DNA of 64,000 nt from an uncultured virus (IMG/VR IMGVR_UViG_3300020057_000040) (lineage: Duplodnaviria; Heunggongvirae; Uroviricota; Caudoviricetes), in the IMG/VR virus record IMGVR_UViG_3300020057_000040. One strand, 5' to 3'. Shown here piece by piece: positions 1 to 11,900 of the stretch. Made by a program: the position numbers and the translations under genes. The notes under the pieces are model-generated. The model saw nothing but the letters and a program-made list of their open reading frames with translations. It was not told the origin of the DNA and did not search any database. The first letter of the stretch is position 1. The number at the start of each line of letters is the position of its first letter.

Positions 1-84
1 CGCTAACCTTATTTTCTAATTCGGTTAATCTTTTTTTGTTTTCTTCGTTGCTCATTTTTTTATTTTTGAAATTCTTGTTATTTT

Positions 85-507
85 CTAATGTGTTACCACC
101 TTCATATTAAGATGTTCTTCCACCACCGTTGACTGAACTAACAGCATCTGTATTGGTGTTACCCCCTTCATATTAAGATGTTCTTCCACCATTGACTTTA
201 TAAAGTCTTGTATTTGCTCGTAATTCATGCCAAATGATTCATAAACTGACCAAATATTAATATAATCGCACCATAAAGTCGAATTTTCTAATTCTAAAAA
301 ACATTTTTTATCTTTAATAAAAAACTTAGAATCAGGACGTTCTTTTTTAAATGTTTCGGTATCAATTGTAAGCCCGTTAATCATTTCCAAAAAAACTTCT
401 TCTTTTGTTTTTTTAGATATTAGATTTTCAGCTTCAATTAATTTTCTTAATTCGCTAACCTTATTTTCTAAATCGGTTAATCTTTTTTTGTTTTCTTCGT
501 TACTCAT
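85..507 (-). CDS. Hypothetical protein, member of a tandem paralog set; C-terminus carries a duplicated VEEHLNMKxVT motif
   Basis: 140 aa ORF. Its start is repeated at 1-55 (MSNEENKKRLTELENKVS) and its 3' end is repeated at about 538-640. Confidence 0.75.
   Translation of the reverse strand: MSNEENKKRLTDLENKVSELRKLIEAENLISKKTKEEVFLEMINGLTIDTETFKKERPDSKFFIKDKKCFLELENSTLWCDYINIWSVYESFGMNYEQIQDFIKSMVEEHLNMKGVTPIQMLLVQSTVVEEHLNMKVVTH
89..190 (-). CRISPR. CRISPR-like mini-array (36-nt repeat, 30-nt spacer, 36-nt repeat) inside a CDS; third repeat copy at 543-578
   Basis: Minus-strand repeat GGTGGAAGAACATCTTAATATGAAGGGGGTAACACC at 155-190 with GGTG/CACC ends, variant copies at 89-124 and 543-578, spacer 125-154. 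No cas genes in the window. Confidence 0.4.
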
Positions 508-656
508 TTTTTTATGTTTTTAAAATTATTGTTATTTTCTAATGTGTTACCCCCTTCATATTAAGATGTTCTTCCACCATATCCTTTATAAAGCCTTGTA
601 TTTGCTCGTAGTTCATGTCAAATTGCAATTTAAAAACTGACTAAAGTTTATTCAAG

Positions 657-1214
657 TTAATGATTAATTAAATTATTTTTTTTAACATCGTAGTCTTTGT
701 ACTCCCAAACTTTAACGGGTGCTTTAAAATATAAAGCAGCATCACCTTTTTGTCCTTCAAATCCCCAAGTCCAAAACTGTTTTGAATCGTAACCGACAAA
801 TGATAATTTATCATGCTCAATATTAACCCAATAACCTCCACTTGTTGAAGTTTTACCGCCCTCTCTTATATGAGGTGTATCAGGAGAAGTACATACGTTT
901 AATTTACCTGTATCACCATAGCTTAATGATTCGATATGACCATTTCTGTAAACAATACCATCTTTACCCGATTTACTGTAACCTTCTAAAATTACCTTGT
1001 CGCCAATTTCAGGTTTTTCGGATGATAGTTTATTTATCAATAAAACAATTACCTTGTTTACTTTATCCGTATCAAAATGACGAACAGTAAATAACCTGTT
1101 ATACTTTTCGTTTGCTAACGAAAGTTTTTTTATGTCGTAAAACATTTCAGGCTTCGGTTTAATGCTTTTTAATTTAAGATTACTCATTTTTTTTAGTTTA
1201 AAATTATTGACCAA
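657..1214 (-). CDS. Hypothetical protein, DUF4121-like
   Basis: Motifs STSGGYW and FWTWG..G..G..ALYFKAPVKVWEY resemble the Bacteroidota DUF4121 family (recall only). Confidence 0.45.
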   Translation of the reverse strand: MVNNFKLKKMSNLKLKSIKPKPEMFYDIKKLSLANEKYNRLFTVRHFDTDKVNKVIVLLINKLSSEKPEIGDKVILEGYSKSGKDGIVYRNGHIESLSYGDTGKLNVCTSPDTPHIREGGKTSTSGGYWVNIEHDKLSFVGYDSKQFWTWGFEGQKGDAALYFKAPVKVWEYKDYDVKKNNLINH

Positions 1215-3106
1215 TTTTTTTTATGTTTTAAAAAACCGCTTTCATTTATAACCCTACGGTTTGTATGCTTCATTCTACCGTACTGCGAAGTAATTATCGC
1301 CTACTAATATGGTAGATGCCTTTAGGCTCGGAGTAGTTCACTTAGTATATCAGCTAATTAGGAAGTTAGCGGTAAGTTTAAAGACTACCCAAAACTTCAT
1401 CAATAAATTTAGACGACATTTCATCTTGTTCTTTTGATACTCTATGAATAATCTCGAATGACACCACCTTTTCAGATTTTTTTTCATTGATAAAATCATC
1501 TAACTTTTGATAGCTATCTGAATTTGAATAAATAGTAACATTTGTGTCATTTCGCCAATCATCATCAATTTTCATTTTGACAATAAATCTATGAGTGAAC
1601 TCTTTAAATTGTTTTTTAGAATACTTTTCCATTTTTATATTTGTTTAATAATTAATAATTCGTGAATGGTAACAGAGCGTATTTTGTTTTGCTGTGTTCA
1701 TTTTTTTAGTTTTTGTTTATTTTTCCCGTGTGATTCTTTTTTCATCAATCTCATGTACATCACTTGGTTGCATCCATGAACCGTTAGTGGTTTTGAACCT
1801 GTCAGTATTATGGTCGTATATTACTATTTCCCATTCGCTGCTATTATTCCACTTTATCCAATAATATCCTTGTTCTCTCATGTATTAATGTTTAATATAT
1901 AACCTATTTGTATTAACCAAAAAAACAACCCGCATAAACCAAGAAGGAAAAGGAACACTTTAATTAACCAATTCAAAATTTTTTCTTTGCTCCAAATTAA
2001 TGAAAGCATAATGAGTACTATTGCTGAAACTATTAAGTATGTGTTCATATTATTATATTGGTTAATAAATTTTGTTGTGTTTTATTAAATAAACTATCTT
2101 AGATTTGTAACCCGATTTGATTAATTTTTTTAGTTAGTTCCTAACCCTTGAAATATTTACATACCTCAAAGCACCAACCATTCCGTTAGGTGTACTTAGA
2201 TTGAAACCGAAGTGATGTTTCGCTGCTTTTAAAGCGGACATCATATCTTTCATTTTTACTTTACCAAAAGGAGTTTCTTTAACAGCCTGTTTTACTGAGT
2301 TGTGTTTGTTTAATTTTGCCATGATTTTTTTTTTTGAGATTTATTTTTGTTTGTAAGATGTGATGTTATAAATCAATTATTGGCGTACTTGTATTTCTAC
2401 GTGGGGATTGTCCTTATTCCACAACCGCTAATATTATAATTAAAACCTTCTGTTTTCTTTGTTGGGTATTTTAAACTGCTCCATTTCATTAAGAGTAACA
2501 AAAGTTTGAAGTTCAAACCCTTGTTGTTTAAAAAAAAGTATTTTTCCGTTTTCTAAAATGTAAGTTCTCGGTATGTTATAATCAGAAAATTCATCTGAAA
2601 GGCTCACCAAATCAAACTGTTTGGCTTCTTTAATTAAATGATAGTTGAATCCGTAGCTATTTGACATCCAATGCAAGTGTTTTGACCTTTCTCTTTTTAC
2701 AAATAATGTTCGGGTGCTTTTTGTAATGTAACCAATATTTCTACGTTTTTTTTCTGATATTAGTTTTATAGAAATACCAATTCTTTTATCTGTGCTTTCT
2801 ATTATAATTCTATTTTCATCTTTATCAAAAAATTGACGAATTGTTTTTTTTAGTTTTTTTATTTTTTTTATTTTTGCCATGATTATTTATTTTATTTGTT
2901 GACTAACTGATTTGTTTAATAAAAATTGATTTTGTTCGGGAAACTCAATGTTAAGAGTACTTCCTTCGTAGAACCGAAGGGAAGTGATTTTGCTGTTTTC
3001 GTTAATAACGATAAACAAGATGCTTCGCTTTTAGAAAACGAATTTTTCATATCATCAATTGCACATTGCATTGCTGATTTAGTTGAAATTTTTTGTCCCA
3101 TTTGAA

Positions 3107-3700
3107 TTACCCTTTCGGGATTTGATTTTAATTATTGACTAACTATTATTTTTTTATAAGATGTTATCCTATAACACCTATTCTTATTACAATCTCGTTA
3201 GAATCGAGGTTAACACATTCTTTTGAGAATGGCATTGTTGAGTAAATAGGTGTTGTAGTTTCAATTTCTTTTATGATAAATGTGTCATTTACTTCATCCC
3301 ATTCGTCTGACAAAAAAGTAAATTTATTTTTAATTATTTCGGAATAGTCGAAAATAGCTTTAGAAAATAATTCCTTTTGTTCTTCTTCGGTTTCAGCGTT
3401 AATAATTTCGTTTAAATCATTTTTGGGTAATGAATTTAATTTTTTTAAAACAACAGATAAACCTTCTGTATTATTCCTCCAATGACTATCTTCGAGTGCG
3501 TTAGTTTCTGAAATAATATTTTCTGAAATACTTTTATAAGAAACCTCAGCTTCTTCTAATGTTGAAAATGTTTTTGTTTCAGAATCATTTTTTGAATAAT
3601 TATTCTCTACTGAGAATCTGTTTAATTGACTAATTGTTTTCATTACCATTTTTTTTACCCTTTCGGGATTTGATTTTAATTGTTGACTAACTATTATTTT
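3107..3700 (-). repeat. Two near-identical about 46-bp intergenic leaders (3107-3152 and 3655-3700) directly upstream of consecutive genes
   Basis: TTACCCTTTCGGGATTTGATTTTAATT(A/G)TTGACTAACTATTATTTT occurs twice; partial copy near 2896-2910. Confidence 0.8.
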
Positions 3701-4500
3701 ACCTCTATGGTTTTTAAGTTGGTAGATTTAACTACCAACCCCATCAAAATTGTTTTTTCGCCTTTGGACGAAATAGAGATTTTAATATGTGTTTAAATCT
3801 TCCTCTTAACAGTAAACACTAACTTGTAAGTCATTTTGTAATTTGTTATCTGCATGACCGAAGTATTTTATCGGTACATACGGACGGCAATTTTTTTAAG
3901 AGGTGCATTGCGCCACCTATATTTTTTTTGATTTGCTTTTTGGATTAATAACTCAAACTTTCGTTTGAATTACGCAAGGTTATTATCACTATTAAATCTC
4001 ACCCACCCACGAGTTATTGATTAAATTTGATTCACTCACTTTGCAGTTGCGTTCTGCACTTCCAAACTAATGTTTGGTTACAAAGTATTTTTATTGTCTG
4101 CTCCCCGATGCTATTTACGTTTTTGTATTTCGACTAATCATTTCAGGTAGTCAACTTTTGCTGTTGACCTGTTAATTAGTAGTTCTTTTCGCATCTCGGT
4201 TAAATTTTTCTCGAAACTTAACTTTACTTGTTACTCAGACCGTAAACTCGGATTCTCGCAGTATTATTTAATACTTTGTAATTCGCTTTTTTCAGTCATA
4301 TTAAGAAATCCCTCTCTTAATATCGCTTTTTCAATGAAACCAATCTTTGTGTACACTTAAATTGGTAGGTGATTTGAAACCTAATTGCTCTGCTTCCGCT
4401 TTACAATTAAGTGGGTTATTTACCACCTCATTTTTTCCCTCTCTTTGGGAGAAACCCTAACTACAAATATACTCAGTTGTCATATCGTTTGGTCAGGCTA

Positions 4501-4533
4501 TTCAAAGAACTTCGTTTTACTGATACAAATATA
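4501..4533 (-). promoter_or_regulatory. Bacteroidota-type -7 promoter element followed by a boxA-like site
   Basis: Minus-strand TATATTTG at 4526-4533 (second copy at 4464-4471) and GTTCTTTGAA at 4501-4510. Confidence 0.55.
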
Positions 4534-4723
4534 AGGACAGTTCGTGTATGATTACATTTTTGTAAGTTGTAGTTTTGAACAATTATGTTGTTAATAGCTA
4601 AAATACTATAAATCAGTATATTAAAATTGTTAAATTAAATGTTAAAAATTTGGATTTGTCATATTTTTAACACTATTTTAATCAAAACGTATCAAAAAAT
4701 AGCCGTTTTAGGGTGTTTTAGTC

Positions 4724-5497
4724 CTACATACGTTTTTTCTTGTCCCCGTCCCCGTATTGGTAAAATAACTCGTCTATCTTATAGCACTCTGTTAGTTTAT
4801 GTGAAAACCCTTTTTTTGTAATAAATTCCTGCACCCGTTTAAGGACTTTAGGGTTATCGGTTATCATTATACCATCTGTACGGTATGCGATGCAGTATCG
4901 GTTAATTTCAGCCATAATATCCCCCATTAGATTATAGGCTGTTAATCTGATATTATCGTAAATCCTTTGATGAAACTCTTTCCATTCGGTTATTTTGCCC
5001 ATGTATTCACCCAATACATAATATTCACGCCACTTTGGAGCAATAATCATAGATAAAGCCATGTTACGATATAGTTTAAATTCTTCTTTATTTAAAACGT
5101 CTTCATATAATTTTGAAGTGATATATTTTTTAAGGAAAGCGATTCGCCAAAAGCAATGTGAAATATCTACATAGTAAAATCTCTCACCGTCTGCCATATC
5201 TTTATAAAGTTTTCTATTGGTGTAAGTAGAGTTATGTTTACTACGAACTTTTGGAACTACTAATCCATTATTAATAATATATTGATTAACGCTTTTAGCG
5301 ACCTGTGCATATAAATTAAGTACCTCTCTATGGTTTTTATTACTCTTTACCTTCTTTTTTTCTTTATTAAGAATGGTGGTTTTACCATTTATGACTATAC
5401 CGCTTACTTTTCTTTTACCTTCAACGAAAAATGTTCGCCTTTGTCTTTGTAATGATTCAACGTACTTATTTAATTTTTTTTTATCAATCTTACGCAT
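4724..5497 (-). CDS. Small protein with family-B polymerase-like palm motifs
   Basis: YYVDISHCFW and AYRTDGIMI resemble polB motifs A and C; only 257 aa. Confidence 0.35.
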   Translation of the reverse strand: MRKIDKKKLNKYVESLQRQRRTFFVEGKRKVSGIVINGKTTILNKEKKKVKSNKNHREVLNLYAQVAKSVNQYIINNGLVVPKVRSKHNSTYTNRKLYKDMADGERFYYVDISHCFWRIAFLKKYITSKLYEDVLNKEEFKLYRNMALSMIIAPKWREYYVLGEYMGKITEWKEFHQRIYDNIRLTAYNLMGDIMAEINRYCIAYRTDGIMITDNPKVLKRVQEFITKKGFSHKLTECYKIDELFYQYGDGDKKKRM

Positions 5498-5761
5498 AAA
5501 ACTATATCAATTTCAAATTTAAACCAATGCGTTTCATGTCCTGAATAAATTGTTCGGTTGAATCAATTGGAAAATTGTAAGTGTAAAATTTCTTTTGATT
5601 AGGAAAGTTATCAATGAATATTCTCCATTCACCGTTACCTAAATAATTAATTTCGGCAACATCACCTCTTGCTTCCGAAACAATATATTTAGTTCCCATT
5701 AATGAAGTACTTTTTCGTATTCCTTCAAATATTTCAGGTAATTTTTCGTATTTAAATTCCA

Positions 5762-6985
5762 TTATGATAATTTTTTAATTTTCAACATTAATTTATCTAA
5801 TTCAATTAAAGTCTTATTCAAACGTTTTTTGTCTTTAAGTTTCATGTACAGTCTAATATTCTTTTCAATTTCTTTTTTAATTTCAATAAGTCTTTTTAAT
5901 TCACCCTGTTTTTGTTTTTGAATATCAACTTTACTACGCTGAACTTTTATTTTTCTTTTAGATTTAGTTTTTAAATTCCTTTCAAGTTCTTCTTTTTTCT
6001 TTTTCATTTTTATTAATGCGTTAAATAAATTTTCGTTTTTTCGTTTTTCAACTTTAAGTTCTTCTACTGATTTTTGTTTTTCTTCCAAAGGTGGTGGTAT
6101 TTTTTCAGTTTCAATAGGCGTTTCCTTTTCTGTTGGTATTTCAAACTCTACATCTACATCATGTCCTTCCATTCTACCTTTAGGTGTAAATCCAAATGAT
6201 TCACGTTCACCGTCAGCATTACAAATAAATATTTCAGTTTCCCATCTTTGTTTACTTTCAATATATTCAGGCATTGTGAATTTGATAAAAATATCAATAT
6301 CATCCGAATTAATTTCGCTACCATATTGGTTACGCATAGCTTCATTTGCCCAATCTACAAACTCTTTGAAATATTTTCTATATCCTTTGTCACCGCTACC
6401 GTCTTTATTGTTTACGTAACTCGTAATTATAAATTCAGATGGTGGTGGCATAATCATTGGACTAAAAATCCATAAGTAAGCAGGGAACTGAGCAAACTCA
6501 ACATCTAATAATTGATAGTAAGGAATTGCGTTTGTGTAAAGGTCATCATCAATGTAAGGAAAATCACGTTTTGGATTTTCTAAAATATCATCATAGAATA
6601 ATAATATTTGTTTGTCTGTACATTCCTGACCTGCTGATTTACATTCATTGTAAACAGCCTTTACGATATTAATAAACTTCGGGTCAAAATAACTTACATA
6701 ATCTAAGCCATATTCACGCCAAACTAAAGAACGTATGTAGTTGAAATTGTTTGAAGAAAAACCTGCACCTTTTTTTACCTTACTTCTTTCGTCTTTCTTT
6801 TTGGTTGAAGGTGTTTTTTTTTTAGTTACCTTATTAGGTTTTTTACTATTAATTTTTTTTGAAGGAGTTTTTTTTTGAACCGATTTATTGGATTTTGAAG
6901 ATTTATTAACCTGCTTTTTAACTGATTTTTTATCAGCCACAATTTTTTTATTGGTAGGTTTTATATTTTTATTCTTCTTTGCCAT
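5762..6985 (-). CDS. Hypothetical protein with Lys-rich N- and C-termini
   Basis: 407 aa ORF in operon context. Confidence 0.7.
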   Translation of the reverse strand: MAKKNKNIKPTNKKIVADKKSVKKQVNKSSKSNKSVQKKTPSKKINSKKPNKVTKKKTPSTKKKDERSKVKKGAGFSSNNFNYIRSLVWREYGLDYVSYFDPKFINIVKAVYNECKSAGQECTDKQILLFYDDILENPKRDFPYIDDDLYTNAIPYYQLLDVEFAQFPAYLWIFSPMIMPPPSEFIITSYVNNKDGSGDKGYRKYFKEFVDWANEAMRNQYGSEINSDDIDIFIKFTMPEYIESKQRWETEIFICNADGERESFGFTPKGRMEGHDVDVEFEIPTEKETPIETEKIPPPLEEKQKSVEELKVEKRKNENLFNALIKMKKKKEELERNLKTKSKRKIKVQRSKVDIQKQKQGELKRLIEIKKEIEKNIRLYMKLKDKKRLNKTLIELDKLMLKIKKLS

Positions 6986-7822
6986 TTAATATTAATATGA
7001 ATCGGCATTTTTTTATTATACATTTTTTTTACTTCTGCTAACAAAAGTATTAATCATCCTTTTCAATTTAGTTTCGTCCATCTTATAAACCAACGATAAT
7101 AATTTGATTGTACTTGGACTTGCCTTTCCTAAATTCCAAGTGGAATGTATGCAGCCAATTGATAATTTAGTATCTCGTCTTATATCTTTTTGTTCGATAC
7201 CAATTGTAATACACCAAACTTTAAATTGAGTTGCGTTTTCGTTCTTCTTTGGTTTTGATTTCTTTTTAATATCCGACATATATTTTGTTTTACTTTAATT
7301 ATTGTGGGATAACAAATATAATATATTTGAACCCAATTTAATAAACATTTAAGGTTGTTTATTCTGACCTGTTTTTATGTTAAGTTAAATTACGTTTTTG
7401 TTAATAACTTAATTAAGGTAATTGTTGTTCTATAAGTTCAAACCCGTATTCAATACTTTTTTCGTATGCCTCCTGACCACTATTCAAGTCATTACAGATA
7501 ATTACATTTGTATCACTAACACCGATGGCTCTCCAATCCCCTTTAAGATTAACTGGGCAAAAACCAATTGACACACCTCTGTTAGAGAAATAGGTCATTA
7601 ATTCTTTCAATCCCAACCCGTAAGGGTAATGTTTATTAATTATATCATTAAAGTGGGAATATTCAATTGACTGATTTTCATTATTATAGTCGTTTAAAAT
7701 CCAATTAAGTAGTTTAATACAAGCTGTATTATTATTTAAAAATATTTTGTATGTTACCAACATAATTAATCGTTTAAAAAAAACTAAAAAAATAAAAATC
7801 AAAAAAACCTAAACTTTTCAGT

Positions 7823-8755
7823 TTAGACTTGTTCGTGTTCGTGCTTTTCATCCTCAACAGGAATTATCATTTGATTTGGATTTGTTTGTGGTAATTTATC
7901 ATCAATGACAGGTTCAAATAACTCTGCCTGTAATGTTTCCAAACTTAATTCACCATCATTAACTTGTTTCATAAAATTAAATAAATCAATTTTATCCTGA
8001 CGTGGAGTTAATTGGTTTTTACCGAATTTCTTAAACACTTTTTTCAATGCAGAATAACTGTTTGTTTTTCCTTTGTGTTTATTCAAATCCTTTTGAGTAA
8101 TTTTTTTCTTGTTACCTTCTTCATCATATCCTTTGCTGATGATTGTGTTCTCAATTAATTCCTGAGCTTTTGTGTAATCTTTTTCTTCACGAAATATTTG
8201 CATAGCAAGAGTAGCGGAAACAATATTTTTTAATATCAAATCCTTTACTTTTTTAGGAGAAGCATTTAATAATTTTAGATTGCAGATGTAAACTTTTGTA
8301 AATCCTGTTTTATCACGGATTTCATCTTCGGGATAACCGTAATTAGATAAACGGTTAATTACTTCCGATTCCTCAACAGGGTTTAATTTTTTACCCTCAT
8401 TAAGTATTAGCATATTAAGTACACGTTGTTCTTCACTCTCACGGGCATCAGATATAATAGGTACACGGATTTTAACTCCTTTTTTAGCCAATAATTGAAT
8501 TGCCTTCAATCTACGGTGTCCATCAGTAACCATAATCTTACCTTCTATTTTATCAAGATGTCCACGTAACGGTTGTTTAATACCATTAGCTTCTATACTA
8601 CGTGCAAGTTCGTTGATGTCGCCATAATCAATACGCACGTTGAAATTTGGAATCACACCTATTTGGTCTAATTCGTACAATAAAATTTCCGCTCCACGAG
8701 GGGTTCTATCTTTTTTTTCTGCTGCTGCTTTTTTTGCTGTTGTTGTTTTAGACAT
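7823..8755 (-). CDS. ParB/Srx-domain protein
   Basis: FNVR, LARSIEANGIKQPL, DGHRRLKA and LNPVEE motifs. Confidence 0.85.
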   Translation of the reverse strand: MSKTTTAKKAAAEKKDRTPRGAEILLYELDQIGVIPNFNVRIDYGDINELARSIEANGIKQPLRGHLDKIEGKIMVTDGHRRLKAIQLLAKKGVKIRVPIISDARESEEQRVLNMLILNEGKKLNPVEESEVINRLSNYGYPEDEIRDKTGFTKVYICNLKLLNASPKKVKDLILKNIVSATLAMQIFREEKDYTKAQELIENTIISKGYDEEGNKKKITQKDLNKHKGKTNSYSALKKVFKKFGKNQLTPRQDKIDLFNFMKQVNDGELSLETLQAELFEPVIDDKLPQTNPNQMIIPVEDEKHEHEQV

Positions 8756-11117
8756 TTTTTTATTTTTTTTTAGATTATTAAAATATTAATGATTTTGATG
8801 CTACACCATATTCAAGTAAATTATCGCTTCCTGTATTTATTTTCCCATCATCACCTTTTCTTGAAACCTTTTGACCTTCCCAAGCCTTATTCAAATCTTC
8901 ATCCGTAAAAAATCCATCGGGAAATAAATTACCGAATTTTTCCCAATTGATATGCTTCACATTATTTTTTTTGCATAGGTATTGCATATAGTAAGCGTAC
9001 ATTAAAACCTTACCAATCGAACTATCACACAACATGACAATAAATAATTTCACTCTGTTGTCTGCTGTGTAAGTCATTGTCAAATCAATTCTCTTTTCGA
9101 GTGCTGCGTAATGCCAAACCATTTTTCTTGCTTTATCAACATCAATATTACTTTCATCAGATGTACTGAATGATATGAAAAAATCCGAGATTTCATCATT
9201 CATCTTTTTAGTTTTTTTTTGAGATAGAGGTTCGCAAAAATATATCTCCACCGCATTTTCTTCTTTGGTTGTTTCGTAAGCTAACATAATAATAATTTTT
9301 TTTGACCGTATTTAATTTACTAATTCAAAAGTACTAATAAATTTTGACTTGTAAAAATGTAATTTAATCTATTTAAGATATTTTGAACCCATAAGACACG
9401 CATCCGAATTTAACAATTGGATTTTCGTTTACATCAATATCCCTTATCAAAATTTCTTCTCTTGTGGGAGTAAACACTATTTTATCCTTAGAGTTTTTTA
9501 ATATTACAGGGAACGCCCATATAGGAATTAAAAGTATTTCATCAGACCAATTGATAAATCCGAGTTGACCTAGTTCATATCTACTGAACTTCCAAAAATC
9601 ACAGTTACTAAAGTTATTTTGTAAATTTTTTAGAGCGTGAATTAATTTCATAACATGATTATCTCCCATCTCACTATCATCCTTATGATTGTAATATATT
9701 AGCATTGTAAAATTAACAATATTACGTGAATACGTTCTGAAAATAGATAAATATTCAGCATTACTTTTATCAGGCTCACTCTTTGAATAGAAATCAAATA
9801 ATTCTTTCTTTGGTATTAAGTGAGGTGGTTCACCAAAATCAATATTATTATTGAATGTGGTTGCGCTTCCCATATTTGTATTTATTAAATCAGAAAAATT
9901 ATGATAACCGAATATTTTATCTTCTATTCCTTCTTTATTTTCAATCGGTTTATTAATGTTCGTTTGTTTTGGATTTATACTTTCCTTACTAAATAAATTT
10001 TTAATAATAGGTTTATGTTCATTATCATATTTATTGTCTTTTTCATCAGGTTTTATATCTTCTTCTTTTGTGAAAATATTATCCTCGTAAAATAATTGAT
10101 TTTCTTTATTTTCGTTTTTTTCTTTTTCAATTCGGTTAACGTGGTCGAGCCAATCAAAAATTTCATCTTCCTTGAATACTTCTATATCTAATACCCTAAC
10201 ATCAACTATGTTTTTGGGAATGGGCATACCATTAATAGGCATAAATATATTTGGAGGTATTTCATTAAACCTAAAAGCGCATCTAAGATAAATATACTGA
10301 ACATCATTTTTATCTTGGTCAAATCCCTGAGTTATTTCAAAAGGATATATTTTATTTATTTCAACTTTACCACTTTGTTCAAATTTTGATATGGTATCTG
10401 TAATAATTTTATTTACTTCTGACTTTCTTTGGTCAGATAGTAAATCCCACATGATGTTTGACTTATCACTATTCAATTCATTATAATTTTCTTTCTGCAT
10501 ATAATTTATTTAATGGTTAAATACCGTCTAATGAAAGACTGCTTATAATAGTATCAAATAAATTTGAAAACTTAAATTTATTTTTAACTTTTTTATTTGT
10601 TTTTATATTATTAATATTTGCTTTATTGCCATAATCTATTTCTGATTTTGCTTCCAATACTTTTGCTAAGTGGTCATAATCAATTCTCAAAGGAATATAA
10701 TTATCATCAATGTATTGAGTAGTTTCATTAAGTTTACTTTCGTGAATGAGATTAGTTGATAATTTTGTAAACTCAAATTTATCAGCAATAATTAAAAATT
10801 CATTTTTAACTACGTCGGTAACATATCTGCATTTTTTATAACCTTTAAGTTTTAATGATTCCATTTCTAGTTCTACTTTATTAATTCTAAATTCATTGAA
10901 AGTAATTATATTTTCTGATGATTCTATTTCGTCATATTCTTTACGCCACGTTTCTTCATTTAAAACCTGTATAACAACTTCCGAATAGTCATTAGATAGA
11001 AGTCCTATTTTTCTTGCGTACATGGTCTTATCTGTAATACCATTGTATTTGTATGCTCTAATTTTAGAGTACAAATAATGATTAATTCTAAATTGATTTT
11101 TTGTTTCCATGATTTTT

Positions 11118-11900
11118 TTATATTTTAAATCCATTACCGTTACTTTCTATTATTCTCTTTAGTTCATGCCTAATAATATTTTTTGTATTGTTAGTGATAA
11201 AATCCTGATTCAACATCCATCCACCAAAACCTGTATCATCACTTATTTTCTTACCATTAGCCTTACCAAAACCGTACCGTAATTCACCGTTTTCATCTTT
11301 CAAAATTTTTCCTGCGAAATCAACACGGTTATCAGCTTTACTAAACTGCTCATAAAATTCAACTTCCTTGTCAATAAGTTCGGGATATTTTTCTATTTGT
11401 GCAAGGAATATTTCTTTACAGGCAAGAGTATCCGCTTCCGATGAGTGAGCATCTTCTAAAGTTTTTCCACAATAAAAATTGTAAGCGTATGATAATGTAC
11501 GAGATTCCATCTTCTTGAAAATATTAAGAACGTCAACCGACTTAACATCAGGTGTTGGAAATATTATTTCACATCTTAAAAATTCTTCATAAAGTAATGG
11601 ATTATCAAACGAATTGCTATTATACCCTGCAATATCACAACCATCAAAAAACCCAAGTAACGATTTACTGATTTGTTTAAATGTAGGTTTATCAGCTACC
11701 ATTTCATCTGTAATACCATGAACATCAGAAGCCTCTTTTGGAATAGGTATAGTAGGGTTTACTAAAGTTGACTTTCCTATTGTAGTTCCATCAGACATCA
11801 ATTTTAAAATAGATATTGAAACTATTTTTGAACTCGAAACGGATACACCAGTAGTTTCCAAATCAAAAAATGCTAAAGGTTTTTTTAAATTCAATCCCAT
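11118..11900 (-). CDS. DnaQ-like (DEDDh) 3'-5' exonuclease
   Basis: FFDLETTG, GYNSNSFD and AHSSEADT motifs. Confidence 0.9.
   Translation of the reverse strand: MGLNLKKPLAFFDLETTGVSVSSSKIVSISILKLMSDGTTIGKSTLVNPTIPIPKEASDVHGITDEMVADKPTFKQISKSLLGFFDGCDIAGYNSNSFDNPLLYEEFLRCEIIFPTPDVKSVDVLNIFKKMESRTLSYAYNFYCGKTLEDAHSSEADTLACKEIFLAQIEKYPELIDKEVEFYEQFSKADNRVDFAGKILKDENGELRYGFGKANGKKISDDTGFGGWMLNQDFITNNTKNIIRHELKRIIESNGNGFKI

Noticed and set aside
85..640. Diversity-generating retroelement TR/VR pair
   Set aside because: No reverse transcriptase in the window, and the repeat differences are not an adenine-specific pattern.
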